Of a DNA stretch of 64,000 bases, positions 7,442-25,084 are shown one piece after another. Numbering within the stretch: the stretch's first letter is position 1; each line of letters begins with the position of its first letter. Below the pieces are notes generated by a model. That model was not told where the DNA came from and ran no database searches. It saw only the letters and a program-made list of their open reading frames with translations. The DNA is from Candidatus Eiseniibacteriota bacterium (lineage in GTDB: Bacteria > Eisenbacteria > RBG-16-71-46): contig CAVZLN010000006.1 of assembly GCA_963776245.1 (NCBI GenBank), forward strand, positions 192,001 to 256,000, in the 5' to 3' direction. The translations under genes were made by a program, and so were the position numbers.

Positions 7442-8368
7442 TCAGCCCTCCCACCTCGCCCACCCGGTGCCCTCGTGCCCGAAGCGGAACGCGCGCGGAT
7501 GCATGGCCTCGGCGAGGATCTCGAGCGTCTCGGCCATGCGCGGCCCCGGGCGATTGAAGAAGGCGGCGCCGTCGCCCAGGAAGACGCGGCCCTCGCGCAC
7601 GGCGCGCAGCGCGCGCCACTCGGGGTGGACGGTGAGACCGGACATCGCGGCCCGGGTGCGCGCGAGGTCGCAGCCGGCCGGGGTGACCCAGAGGATGTCG
7701 GGATCGGCTTCCGCGAGCGCCGCCCAGTCGATGGCCACCGCGCCATCGCCGGCGGCGCCGAACACGTCGATCCCGCCCGCCATCTCGATCAGCTCGGGGT
7801 GCCAGTTCCCGGCCGCCGTCAGCGGATCGATGCGCTCGATCATGGCGACGCGCGGGCGCGGGCTGAACTCGGCGCACCGCGTCGCGACCGCCTGCACGCG
7901 CTGGCGCAGGCGCGAGATCAACTGCACGCCGCGCTCCGGCACGCCGAGGGCGTCCGCGACCTTGCGCAAGTCGCGCCACAGGTCGGCCAGGGTGTTGGGC
8001 TGCAGGACCACCACGCGCGGCAGGACCGCTTGCATGGGCGCCCTCGCGGCCCCGAGGTCGGGCTGCGACAGATCCGGCGCCGCGCGCCGGGTGCGGGTGA
8101 TCACCAGGTCGGGCATGAGCGCGGCGAGCGCGGCGGCATCCACGTGATGCACCGACGCCTCGTGTCCGTTCGGGGCGCCATTCCCCCGGCCGGGTCCGGA
8201 GCACGGCGGGTCGGTGTCGAGCCGGGGCGCCGTCACCGCCGGCAGCCGCTTCACCCACTCCGGGTGATCGCATTCGTGCGAGCGCCCGACCAGCCGCTCG
8301 CCACAGCCGAGCGCGGCCACCATCTCGGTGCTCGAGGAGATCAGGGAGACGACGCGGGTCGGGGCCAT
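7442..8368 (-). CDS. BtuF-like (cobalamin/Fe-siderophore) ABC substrate-binding family protein, stand-alone
   Basis: RVVSLISSSTEMVAALG, LVGRSHECDHP and FFNRPGPR motifs. Confidence 0.85.
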   Translation of the reverse strand: MAPTRVVSLISSSTEMVAALGCGERLVGRSHECDHPEWVKRLPAVTAPRLDTDPPCSGPGRGNGAPNGHEASVHHVDAAALAALMPDLVITRTRRAAPDLSQPDLGAARAPMQAVLPRVVVLQPNTLADLWRDLRKVADALGVPERGVQLISRLRQRVQAVATRCAEFSPRPRVAMIERIDPLTAAGNWHPELIEMAGGIDVFGAAGDGAVAIDWAALAEADPDILWVTPAGCDLARTRAAMSGLTVHPEWRALRAVREGRVFLGDGAAFFNRPGPRMAETLEILAEAMHPRAFRFGHEGTGWARWEG

Positions 8369-8490
8369 GCGCTTCCGGGGTCAGGAGGATGGTGCGCGGA
8401 CCCGCCCCCGGGGCCGGGAGCCGGGCGTCACCTCTTCTATATACCCCCCGGGCGGTCCTCCGGTTCGGACGGATGCGCTAGAGTGCGCGC

Positions 8491-11067
8491 ATGATCGGGC
8501 CGATGCTGGTGGCCGCCGCGGTCATCGCGGCGCTGTGGGCGGTGCGCGAGGGACGCCGAGGACATGCCCGGCACATCGGGCGGGCGCTCGCCGCGTTCGC
8601 CCTCGCCGTGCTCGCCCAGCGCGGGATGCGCGCCCTCGCGGGCGCTTCCGCTCCGGCCGGTGTCCAGGCCACCGCGCTCGCGCTCTCGGCGCTCGCCGGG
8701 CTGGTCGCCTGGACCGCGCTCGCCTGGCTCGCCGCCTTCGCGCCGCGCCGTCGCGACCTGTTCCTGCGCGCGCCGTTCGCGGTCATCGCGCTCTTGATCG
8801 CGCTCACCGGCAATTGGATCGGCAGCGCGGCATTCATGCTGGTCGCCGTGCTCCGCTTCCGCTGGAGCGCCGGCCTGCCCACGCTCCGGCTGTTCCACCT
8901 GGCACTCGGGGCGGCCGCGCTGGTGGTGGTGTCCGGCTGGAGGCTGACGCCGCTCGACCCCGCGCTCACGCGACCGGGGCCCCTCGCGGCGGCTCTCGAG
9001 TTCGCCCGGTGGGCGCGCGTGGTGTCGTTTGGCTACCTGCTGGTCGCGGTGCCCCGGCTGCTGTGGGCGTTCCTGCGCGACCCGAGTCTCGGGATCCGCA
9101 CCGCCGGCCGGCGTCTCGCCCTGTCGCACGTTCTGGTGGTCGCGGTGCCCCTCGCGCTGCTCGGCGCGCTCTGGATGTTCACGACGGTGCTCGGCGTCGG
9201 GAATGAGCGCGCGATGGTGGGTGCGCGCATGGTGGCCGCCGAAGGTCGCCAGCTCGAGGGGGCGCTGCGCGCAGTGCTCGCGCGCTCCGACGGCTCCGAC
9301 GCGGCGCTGCGCGCGCTCCCGCGGGCGAGCGCCGACCGCTGGCCGGGGCTCGGCGTGTGGCGCGTCCGGGACGGCGCGGTCGCCCGCCTCGCCGGCGACT
9401 CGCTCGCCTCCGCGCCCGCGCTGGCGCGCTGGGTGGCGGGGCTCGACTCGCTGCCGGCGAGCGGCGTGGTGCTGCTGCTCGAGGGCAGCTTCCTCGGCGC
9501 GGCGGCCCGCGCGACGAGCGCGCCGGGACTCGCGGCGGTGGCGCTCGCCCCGATCGACTCGGTGCTGACGCGTGCGCCATCGCAGGTCGCGGGCGCACGG
9601 TTGCGGCTGATCGTGGGAGCGGTCAGCGCCGCCGGCGGCGCGGTGCAGCTGGGCGCGGACGACATCTCGCTCGCCGCCGCGATGCCGCGCGACTCGCTCG
9701 CCTCCGGGGAGCATGCGCCCGGCCCCGGCACGCGGCGATCGAGCCCGGACTCCGCGCGACTCGCGCGCGCCCGCGCGAGCCTGCGGGCTTTCGGCCTCCC
9801 GGACTCGCTGGTCCAACTCGACGCCGCCGGAACGCGAGGCCTCCGCATCACCAGCGGAGGCGAGACCTACGAGACCAAGGGCCTCCCCCGGGACTCGGGC
9901 GACGTGCCTTTCCTGCTCCAGGGCCATGCGCTGGTGGAGGGGATCATCCTCACCCGCGACGGCTGGGTGAAGACGCGCCCGCTGCTCGCGGCGAGCGCGC
10001 GCCCGCTCGAGGTGCTCACCGGTCTCTACCGCAACACGCGCGACGATCCCCTCAGCCTGTTGCCGCTCGGGATCGTGCTGGCGCTCACCCTGAGCGCGCT
10101 GCTGGTGATCGTCTTCGACGTGGTGATGGTCACCGGCATGGGCCGGAGCATCACCGCCGCGATCCAGGCGCTGAAGGTGGGCGCGCGCCGGCTCGAGAGC
10201 GGCGATCTCTCCCACCGCATCGCGGTGGCGGGGGACGACGACCTGTGGGAGGTGGCCTCGACCTTCAATCAGGCGAGCGCCGGGCTCGAGCACGCCCGCG
10301 AACTGGAGAAGGAGGCCGAGCGCCTCGAGGGCGAGCTGGCGCTGGCCCGTCGCATCCAGGCCCGCCTGCTGCCCGCGGGCCCGCCCGTGATCGAAGGGCT
10401 GGAGATCGCCGGCCTCAGCGAGCCGGCGCGCGAGGTCGGCGGCGACTACTTCGACCACATCCCGCTGGGGGACGGCCGGGTGATGCTGGTGATCGCCGAC
10501 GTCTCGGGCAAGGGCGTGGGCGCCGCGCTGCTGATGTCGGCGTTCCGCGCCTCGCTGATGAGCCAGGACAGCGCGAACTCCGCCCCCGACGCGCTCGCGG
10601 GCAGGCTCAACGAGTTCCTGCATCGAAGCGTGGACCCGGGCAAGTTCGTGACGGCGTTCGTGGCGTTCCTCGACGGCCGCGACGGCCGGCTGGTGTACGC
10701 CAACGCCGGTCACAACCCGCCCGTGCTCCTGCGCCGCGACGGCGCGCACCTCATGCTCACCACCGGCGGGCTGATCCTGGGCATCCTGCCCGGCAGCACG
10801 TTCGAATGCGGCGAGGCGGTGCTGGCGCCCGGCGACCTGGTGGCGCTCTACACCGACGGCGTGACCGAGGGCGCGAACGCCACCGGCGAGCAGTGGGGCG
10901 AGGAGCGCCTGCTGGCCGCGCTGCGGGCGCGGGCGGATGCGCCGTGCGTGGGAATGGCGCGCGCCATCGTGGACGAGGTGCGCGCGTTCGAGGGCGAATC
11001 AGGCCCCGCGGACGACATCACGCTGCTGGTGGCGCGGCGGGTGGCCGGCCCGCCCGCTTCCCGCTGA
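8491..11067 (+). CDS. Membrane-bound HAMP + SpoIIE/RsbU-type PP2C phosphatase
   Basis: N-terminal TM helices, HAMP-like segment, and VGGDYFD, IADVSGKG, NAGHNPP, YTDGVTE and DDIT motifs. Confidence 0.92.
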   Translation: MIGPMLVAAAVIAALWAVREGRRGHARHIGRALAAFALAVLAQRGMRALAGASAPAGVQATALALSALAGLVAWTALAWLAAFAPRRRDLFLRAPFAVIALLIALTGNWIGSAAFMLVAVLRFRWSAGLPTLRLFHLALGAAALVVVSGWRLTPLDPALTRPGPLAAALEFARWARVVSFGYLLVAVPRLLWAFLRDPSLGIRTAGRRLALSHVLVVAVPLALLGALWMFTTVLGVGNERAMVGARMVAAEGRQLEGALRAVLARSDGSDAALRALPRASADRWPGLGVWRVRDGAVARLAGDSLASAPALARWVAGLDSLPASGVVLLLEGSFLGAAARATSAPGLAAVALAPIDSVLTRAPSQVAGARLRLIVGAVSAAGGAVQLGADDISLAAAMPRDSLASGEHAPGPGTRRSSPDSARLARARASLRAFGLPDSLVQLDAAGTRGLRITSGGETYETKGLPRDSGDVPFLLQGHALVEGIILTRDGWVKTRPLLAASARPLEVLTGLYRNTRDDPLSLLPLGIVLALTLSALLVIVFDVVMVTGMGRSITAAIQALKVGARRLESGDLSHRIAVAGDDDLWEVASTFNQASAGLEHARELEKEAERLEGELALARRIQARLLPAGPPVIEGLEIAGLSEPAREVGGDYFDHIPLGDGRVMLVIADVSGKGVGAALLMSAFRASLMSQDSANSAPDALAGRLNEFLHRSVDPGKFVTAFVAFLDGRDGRLVYANAGHNPPVLLRRDGAHLMLTTGGLILGILPGSTFECGEAVLAPGDLVALYTDGVTEGANATGEQWGEERLLAALRARADAPCVGMARAIVDEVRAFEGESGPADDITLLVARRVAGPPASR

Positions 11068-11088
11068 GCGCCGGGCGGCGGCGCCGAC

Positions 11089-11574
11089 TCAGGGCGCCGC
11101 CACGCTGGTGTGATCGTGGGTGATCCGCCAGCCCGCGCCCCGGACCTTGCGCATCAGCAGGGTGAACCGTCCCCGCGGAGCGCCGTCCTTGAGCGTGAGC
11201 GCCCAGCCGCCTTTCACGAGGGCGGCATCGGGGGAAAGCACCTGGACGTCCTGGATCTCGAACGCGAGCTTGCCCATCTCGCGCCCCTCGCCCTGGTAGC
11301 GGCGCTGATAGCGGTCGTGCGCCATCTGCCAGCCGCGCGAGACGTCCCCGCCGCTGTAGAAGGTGAGCGAGTCCGAGCGCCAGTAGGCCGCCATGAACGC
11401 CTCGAGGTCGCCGCGGTTCCACGCCACCACCTGGGCGTCGAGGACTCCCCGGATCTCCGCCCCGGCGCGGGCGGCGAGGCGCGGCGAGGGACCGGCGGCG
11501 CCCGCCGGCGCGGCGGACGCCAGCAGCGCGAGGGACAGCACCAGGCGGCGGAACGGGCGGTTGACGGCGGACAC
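11089..11574 (-). CDS. Exported NTF2-like/DUF4440 (YybH) protein
   Basis: Signal peptide, AWNRGDLEAFMAAYW and WRITHDHTS. GTG start follows GAGGAGG. Confidence 0.85.
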   Translation of the reverse strand: MSAVNRPFRRLVLSLALLASAAPAGAAGPSPRLAARAGAEIRGVLDAQVVAWNRGDLEAFMAAYWRSDSLTFYSGGDVSRGWQMAHDRYQRRYQGEGREMGKLAFEIQDVQVLSPDAALVKGGWALTLKDGAPRGRFTLLMRKVRGAGWRITHDHTSVAAP

Positions 11575-11848
11575 GCGGGCCTCCTCGTGGTGGGCGGACC
11601 GGCGCATCCTGACCGCCCGGCCCGAGCGGCGCAACCTCTCGCGGCGCACCGGTCAGGGGCGACCGAAACACCTTGCCCGGGCCGCGCGGACTCGGCTATC
11701 CTCCCGCGTCCTTCGTGGCCGGAGACCGGCCTCGTCGACTGAATCCCCCACTGGCCGGGCTGCAGCCCTCGCGCTTCACCGCGACTGCCCTGCCGGACCT
11801 CCGGCGATCACGCCGGTCGCCTCTTCCATGACACTCGAGGAGCAGCCG

Positions 11849-14251
<2,403 letters not shown>

Positions 14252-14274
14252 CGCCCCGGCAAGGCCGTCCTCTT

Positions 14275-14308
14275 CCGCGCCCCCGTCGCTCCGCCGGCGG
14301 GGGCGCGG
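14275..14308 (+). terminator. GC-rich hairpin downstream of hppA
   Basis: CCGCGCCCCCGTCG ... CGGCGGGGGCGCGG inverted repeat with no U-tract. Confidence 0.4.
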
Positions 14309-14502
14309 CGCGTCCGGGGTCCCCGGCGCCCGGCCGGTCCCCGCGCGCGGCGCGGCCGGGCGCGGCGCGGCGGACTGCGCTCCGCGGCCCGCCCGCCGCG
14401 TCCGTCGCGAGGGCCTTGACGCGCGCGTGAGGTTCGGGTTGGCTCCCGCGGTCCCATCGCGCCCCCACCGCGCCCACGTCCCTATCTCACCAGGAGAACG
14501 TC

Positions 14503-16302
14503 ATGAGCCTCCGCATCCCGCGCGCCGGCCTCCACGCGCTCGCCGCGGCCGCCGCGCTCGCGGTGGCGTGCGTCGCGCACGCCGCGGCGCCGGCGAAGGG
14601 CAAGGTCGCCACGCCCGCCGGCCCCCCCGCCGCCGAGGAGCACGTCCTGTCGAACGGCATGAAGATCGTGCTCATCCCGCGCCACCTCTCGCCGGTGGTC
14701 GCCGGGGGCTGGGTGGCGCACGTCGGGTCGGCGAACGAGCGCCCCGGCATCACCGGGATCTCCCACCTGTTCGAACACATGATGTTCAAGGGCACGCGCA
14801 CCATCGGCACCCGGGACATCGAGAAGGACCTGAGGCTCATCGATCAGCAGGAGGCGCTCCAGACCGAGATGCGCGCCGAGATGTCATCCCAGCGGGCGCG
14901 CCTGCGCCGCGGGGAGATCGACGACATCTCCAAACCCGAGAGCAAGACCCCGCGCTTCAAGGAGCTCGAGCAGCAGTTCGACGCCCTGGTCGCCGAGCAG
15001 CGCGCCAACATGATCAAGAACGAGTTCGACAACACGCTGCAGCGCAACGGGGCGACGATGATCAACGCCTTCACCAACGAGGACCAGACCTTCTACTTCG
15101 AGGCGGTCCCCGCCAACAAGCTGGAGCTGTGGTTCTGGATGGAGGCCGACCGCCTGCGCAATCCGGTGTTCCGCGAGTTCTACTCCGAGCGCGACGTGGT
15201 GTACGAGGAGCGCCGCCTGCGCACCGAGTCCACCCCCACCGGCAAGATCGAGGAGGCGTTCAACGCGCTGTTCTGGGAAGCGAGCCCCTACCGCTGGCCG
15301 GTGGTGGGCTGGCCGAGCGACCTGCCGTTCATCACCAAGGCGCAGGCCGACGAGTACTACTCCCTGTACTACGCGCCGCAGAACCTGACCGCGCTGCTGG
15401 TCGGCGACTTCGATCCCGCGCAGGTCGTGCCCCTCGCCGAGCGCTACCTCGGCGCCATCCCGCGCGGCCCGCGCCCGGCGCCCGAGATGATCACCATGGA
15501 GACGAAGTCCACGGCGGAGAAGCGCTTCATCGCCGAGGCCGAGACCAACCCTTCCGTGAACGTGCGCTGGCACACCGTGGCGTTCGTGCACAAGGACGCT
15601 CCGGTGCTCGACCTCATCGAGACCCTGATGAGCGGCCCGACCGGGCGCCTGCAGCGTTCGCTGGTGCAGGGCTCCAAGCTCGCCACCAGCGCCGGCGCCT
15701 CGCACGATCCGCGCAAGTACGAAGGGCTGTTCGAGATCGACGCCGAGGCCCGCGAAGGGCACACCCCCGAGGAGCTGGAGCAGGCGATCCACGCCGAGAT
15801 CGACAAGCTGGTCCAGACGCCGGTTTCGGCCGAGGAGCTGCAGAGCGCGAAGAACCGCTACCTGACCTCCACCTATCGCTCGCTGGGATCGAACTTCCAG
15901 CTGCTCGTGCGCTACGGCGTGGCCGAGGGCCGCGGCTCGTGGCGTGACGCCGACAAGCTCGAAGGCGCGGTGCAGGCGGTGACCGCGGACGAGGTCCAGC
16001 GGGCCGCGAAGGCGTACTTCACGCGCGAGAACCGCGCGGTGGCGCTGATCCATCGCAAGGCCGGGGCCGAGGGCGTGGACCCGGCGCTCGCGGCGCTGCC
16101 GGCCGACGCGCAGAAGATGGCCCGGCAGTTCGTCCAGCGCATCCAGGGAACCACCGACGCCGCGCAGCTCCAGGGGATGATGGGACGCATCGAATCGATG
16201 GGCGCCCAGATGCCGCCGGAGATGAAGCCCGCTCTCGACTACATCCGCCTCAAGGCGCAGGCCCGGCTCGCCGAGCTCAACGCCTCCGGCGACAAGAAGT
16301 GA
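14503..16302 (+). CDS. M16B (pitrilysin-like) peptidase, catalytic subunit, exported
   Basis: Signal peptide, HLFEH (HxxEH), NAFT and EERR motifs. Confidence 0.92.
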   Translation: MSLRIPRAGLHALAAAAALAVACVAHAAAPAKGKVATPAGPPAAEEHVLSNGMKIVLIPRHLSPVVAGGWVAHVGSANERPGITGISHLFEHMMFKGTRTIGTRDIEKDLRLIDQQEALQTEMRAEMSSQRARLRRGEIDDISKPESKTPRFKELEQQFDALVAEQRANMIKNEFDNTLQRNGATMINAFTNEDQTFYFEAVPANKLELWFWMEADRLRNPVFREFYSERDVVYEERRLRTESTPTGKIEEAFNALFWEASPYRWPVVGWPSDLPFITKAQADEYYSLYYAPQNLTALLVGDFDPAQVVPLAERYLGAIPRGPRPAPEMITMETKSTAEKRFIAEAETNPSVNVRWHTVAFVHKDAPVLDLIETLMSGPTGRLQRSLVQGSKLATSAGASHDPRKYEGLFEIDAEAREGHTPEELEQAIHAEIDKLVQTPVSAEELQSAKNRYLTSTYRSLGSNFQLLVRYGVAEGRGSWRDADKLEGAVQAVTADEVQRAAKAYFTRENRAVALIHRKAGAEGVDPALAALPADAQKMARQFVQRIQGTTDAAQLQGMMGRIESMGAQMPPEMKPALDYIRLKAQARLAELNASGDKK

Positions 16303-16316
16303 AGGGAGGTCACGCC

Positions 16317-17882
16317 ATGATCACGTCTCTCACGCCGTCCCGCGCGGGGCTCGCGGCCTTCGCCGTGGCCGCCCTCGCGCTGACATCGCACGCCACCGCC
16401 GTGGGCGCGCCGAGTATGCCCGCCCGCCCCGAGGAGCTGAAGTTCCCACCCCTGCAGTACGCGGCGCCGCGGGCGGCCGAGTACCGCGTCAAGCTCGCCA
16501 ACGGCATGATCGCCTACCTGGTGCCCGACCGGACGCAGCCGCTGGTGCAGGTGCACGTGCTGCTGCGGGCGGGCGCCGACCTGGATCCGGCCGGCAAGGA
16601 AGGGCTGGCCGAGCTCGCCCTGCACCAGCTCACGCGCGGCGGCACCGCGGCGCGCACGCCGGCCCAGATGGAGGATCGCGTCGCTTTCCTGGGCGGCGTC
16701 CTCGAGTCGCAGATGGGCGGCGGCGGCGGGGGCATGTTCGGCATCGGCGGCGTGCCGATCACCGCGGCCGAGTCGCGGGTCAGCCTGAACGTGCTGTCGA
16801 AGGACATCGACGAGGGTCTCGGCCTGCTGATCGAGTGCCTCAAGACCCCGGCGTTCGACGCCGACCGTCTCAAGCTGCGCAAGGACCAGATGCTCCAGAC
16901 CATGCGGGAGCGCAACGACGACACCGCCCCCATCGAGGCACGCGAGTGGAACGTGCTCATGCAGGGCGAGGGCCACTGGACCAACCGGTGGTCCACGCAG
17001 GCCTCGCTCGACGGCATCACCGCGGACGATCTGAGGGCGTTCCACCGCCGCTACTTCGGGCCGCGCAACTTCCTGCTCGCGGTGAGCGGGGACTTCGATC
17101 GCGCGGCGATGGTGAAGCGCCTCGAGAAGGCGTTCGCGGCCTGGCCCTCGCCCGGCGAGCGGGCGCCGTCGCCGGCCGCGCCCACGGCGCCCGCCGCCAA
17201 GGGGTGGTTCGTGGTGAACAAGGAGGTCAATCAGGCGCGGGTCTCGCTCGGACTGCGGGCCATCGACCGCTACGATCCGGACTTCGCCGCGGCCCGGGTG
17301 ATGAACGACATCTTCGGCGGCGGCGGGTTCTCGTCGCGGCTGGTGAATCGCATCCGCTCGGACGAGGGGCTCGCCTACTCGGTATCGTCGCGGCTGGAGG
17401 GTGGGGTCTACTATCCCGACCCGCTGCGCGTCGTGTTCCAGACCAAGGTGCGCTCGGTGGCGTACGCGGTGTCCATCGCGCTCGCGGAACTGCAGCGCAT
17501 GCGCGATTCGCTGGTCACCGATGCGGAGCTCGAGACCGCGCGCAACAAGATGGCCGAGTCCCTCCCCACGCAGTTCGAGACCGCGGCGGCCATCGCCGGC
17601 CGGCTCGCGGCCGAGGAGCTCACCGGGCGCTACACCCGGGACCCGGGCTACTACCCCGAATATCGCTCCCGGATCATGGCGGTCACGCGGCAGGACGTGC
17701 AACGCGTCGCACGCCGCCTGCTCGACCCGTCCCGGCTCGCCTTCCTGGTGGTCGGCGACGCCCGGGAGATGATGCTCGGCGACGGCAAGCACGACGCGAG
17801 TGTCACGGCGCTCGCCGGCGGCGAGCCGCAGCGCCTGCCGCTGCGCGACCCGCTCACCATGAAGCCGATGGCGAATCCCTGA
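16317..17882 (+). CDS. M16B peptidase, non-catalytic partner subunit
   Basis: No HxxEH (GLAELALH); SRLVNRIRSDEGLAYS R/Y motif. ATG follows GGAGG. Confidence 0.9.
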   Translation: MITSLTPSRAGLAAFAVAALALTSHATAVGAPSMPARPEELKFPPLQYAAPRAAEYRVKLANGMIAYLVPDRTQPLVQVHVLLRAGADLDPAGKEGLAELALHQLTRGGTAARTPAQMEDRVAFLGGVLESQMGGGGGGMFGIGGVPITAAESRVSLNVLSKDIDEGLGLLIECLKTPAFDADRLKLRKDQMLQTMRERNDDTAPIEAREWNVLMQGEGHWTNRWSTQASLDGITADDLRAFHRRYFGPRNFLLAVSGDFDRAAMVKRLEKAFAAWPSPGERAPSPAAPTAPAAKGWFVVNKEVNQARVSLGLRAIDRYDPDFAAARVMNDIFGGGGFSSRLVNRIRSDEGLAYSVSSRLEGGVYYPDPLRVVFQTKVRSVAYAVSIALAELQRMRDSLVTDAELETARNKMAESLPTQFETAAAIAGRLAAEELTGRYTRDPGYYPEYRSRIMAVTRQDVQRVARRLLDPSRLAFLVVGDAREMMLGDGKHDASVTALAGGEPQRLPLRDPLTMKPMANP

Positions 17883-17980
17883 AGCGGCACCGCCCGCGCG
17901 GGCGGCGGAGAGGCGGCGCGCCCGCGGGGGCGCGCCGTCGCCTCCCGCAGGGCGGTCACCGGGCGCCGGTGCGCGGGCGC

Positions 17981-19144
17981 TCAGTCGTCGAGCAGGGACT
18001 CGAGCCGCGCCAGGCCGGCGGCGAAGGTCCCGGGCTCGACGATGAGACTCACCACCGCGTACGCCTCGCCCTCGAAGTCGTAGAAGTGCCCCGGGTGCAC
18101 CACGACGTCGCGACGCAGCAGCTCGAGCGTCCACTCCTCCTCGCCGCGCGTGCCGGGCAACCGCAGCACGGCGGCCCACCCGCCATCGCCGGCGAGCCAG
18201 GTGAGCACCGGGCGGCGGACCAGCAGGGCGCGCAGCGCGCCGAGATTGGTGGCGATGCGCGCGCGGGCCCGGGCCTGGAAAGCCTGGCGCGACTCCAGCA
18301 GGCGCGGCAGCGCGGCCTGGACCGGCCCGGACACCGAGAGGAAGAGGTCGGCCAGCCACTCCAGTCCGCGGAGCGCCTCGCCGCGCGCGCGCTCCGGCCC
18401 GCTCGCCACGATCCAGCCCGCCTTCATCTGGGGCATGCCGCACACCTTCGAGAGCCCGCTCATCACGAAGGTGGGCACGCGCTGCTCTCCGACCAGGCTC
18501 GGCAGCGGCGTGTCCCCCCACGCGAAGTCCCCGAACACCTCGTCGCCCACCAGCGCCAGATGGTGGCGCTCGGCGAGCGCCACCACGGCCGCGCGCTCCT
18601 CGGCGTCGAGACACGAGCCGGTCGGATGATTCGGCTGCACCACCACCAGGGCGCGGGCGCGCGCCGCGCCGGCCACCGCTTCGAGCGCGCCGAGGTCCAC
18701 GTGCCAGCGCCCGTCCCAGGCGACGCGGTAGGGACGCACTTCCACGCCCTCGGCGAGCGCCAGCGGGGCGAACAGGGGATACGATGGGGCCGGCACCAGC
18801 ACGCGCTCTCCGGGATCGGCGAGGAGGCGGAACAGGTGGGCGTAACCCTCACTCGTGCTGGCGGTCAGCACGATGTCCTCGGGCGGCGCCTGAAGTCCGC
18901 GCGCGGCCAGATACGCGGACACCGCGGCGCGCGCCGCGAGGCTGCCGCGCGGATCCGGCTGGTAGCGCAGCGCGGCCGGATCGGCGAGCGCGGCGAGCTC
19001 CTGGAGCCCCGCGCCCCCGAGTCCGACGGCGGTCGGATTGGCTTCGCTCAGATCGAGCAGCGGCGCCCCGGCCGCTCGCCGCTCGGCGAGCAGCCGCGCC
19101 CAGGCGTTGGGCTCATGATCGTGAGGGACGCGGCGCGAGAGCAT
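17981..19144 (-). CDS. PLP-dependent class I/II aminotransferase
   Basis: PNHPTG, GDEVFGD and SGLSKVCGMPQMKAGW motifs. Confidence 0.92.
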   Translation of the reverse strand: MLSRRVPHDHEPNAWARLLAERRAAGAPLLDLSEANPTAVGLGGAGLQELAALADPAALRYQPDPRGSLAARAAVSAYLAARGLQAPPEDIVLTASTSEGYAHLFRLLADPGERVLVPAPSYPLFAPLALAEGVEVRPYRVAWDGRWHVDLGALEAVAGAARARALVVVQPNHPTGSCLDAEERAAVVALAERHHLALVGDEVFGDFAWGDTPLPSLVGEQRVPTFVMSGLSKVCGMPQMKAGWIVASGPERARGEALRGLEWLADLFLSVSGPVQAALPRLLESRQAFQARARARIATNLGALRALLVRRPVLTWLAGDGGWAAVLRLPGTRGEEEWTLELLRRDVVVHPGHFYDFEGEAYAVVSLIVEPGTFAAGLARLESLLDD

Positions 19145-19371
19145 GCGCGTGAGGCTAGCGGCACGGCGCGCGACCGTCCAGCGGCGGCGGGGCGCCCGCG
19201 GATCGGCCCGCCCGCTCCCGGGCGCAGGACGCCCCGCCACTCGCCGCCGGCCTCGGGAGCCGCATTCCTGGACGCGCCCCGGCCCCCCTGTGCGAGAATG
19301 CCCGCCCTGCAGTCCAGGGTACCGGAGCGTGGCCCGCGCTCCGTCTCGTCGGCACGTCGGGAGGTCGAGAG

Positions 19372-24456
<5,085 letters not shown>

Positions 24457-24494
24457 CTTCAGGCCCACTCCCTGCCCAACCGCCGCTGATCTAT

Positions 24495-24599
24495 CACCGG
24501 AATCAGTGGAAACTCACCGATTCCAGTGAAGGCCTGCTAGGTCGTTGCCCCGCCGGACCTAGGCGGCGGACGAGCGAGTGGAGTTCACCGATTCCGGTG
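24495..24599. promoter_or_regulatory. Three 14-bp quasi-palindromic boxes CACYGATTCCRGTG, putative enhancer (UAS) sites
   Basis: 24495-24508 CACCGGAATCAGTG (reverse orientation), 24515-24528 CACCGATTCCAGTG, 24586-24599 CACCGATTCCGGTG. Confidence 0.7.
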
Positions 24600-24698
24600 T
24601 TAGCGGGAGAACGCCTGGTCTCATCCGGAGCCTGAGATCCAGCGCCCATCGACATGGACACGAATGCATTAGGTCACGACATCCGATCCGTAGGGCGA

Positions 24699-24715
24699 CT
24701 GGCACAAGAGTCGCC
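24699..24715 (+). promoter_or_regulatory. sigma54 (-24/-12) promoter
   Basis: CTGGCACAAGAGTCGCC with exact GG-N10-GC spacing, about 50 bp upstream of the ATG at 24767. Confidence 0.75.
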
Positions 24716-24766
24716 TTGGGTGGTGCGGTCCGATCCCATTCCAACCACCCAACCGGAGGCTGTCCG

Positions 24767-25084
24767 ATGCGTGCCACTCTCATCCTCTTCGCGACCACCA
24801 TGCTGTTTGTGCTCGCCAGTCCGCTCGGCGCGTTCGCCCAGGCCCCGGCCAGCCTCCCCAACGGGAACTCGCTGAGCCAGGCACCGCCCGTCGACATCGT
24901 GATGTCCCCCCGGATCGCCGGGATCGCCGACCGACTCGTCCGGCTCGCGGGTGGCCTGCGCGCCGCGCTGTACGACCACTTCGTCCTCCCGAGCGCGGGC
25001 GGTCACCGCGTGCCGCAATCGCGAGTCGCCGCAACCGAGCTTGCGACGGTGCCTCCCGCCGGCCGCCGCGCGGACCCTCGATGA
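24767..25084 (+). CDS. Small hypothetical exported protein (105 aa)
   Basis: GGAGG RBS; signal peptide MRATLILFATTMLFVLASPLGAFA; ATGA overlap with the next ORF. Confidence 0.65.
   Translation: MRATLILFATTMLFVLASPLGAFAQAPASLPNGNSLSQAPPVDIVMSPRIAGIADRLVRLAGGLRAALYDHFVLPSAGGHRVPQSRVAATELATVPPAGRRADPR

Noticed and set aside
11700..11848. Na+ or other riboswitch in the hppA leader
   Set aside because: Several short hairpins are present, but that is expected at this GC content and no conserved aptamer was recognised.
11393..11848. N-terminal extensions given by the ORF track for hppA and many others (ahcY, kdsA, pyrG, sdhA, rplU, hpf)
   Set aside because: The upstream in-frame starts overlap neighbouring genes. 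Starts were reassigned using RBS position and family N-termini.
24495..24599. Mini CRISPR array or MITE
   Set aside because: The repeats are only 14 bp, irregularly spaced and in mixed orientation, with no cas genes or target duplication. An enhancer fits better.
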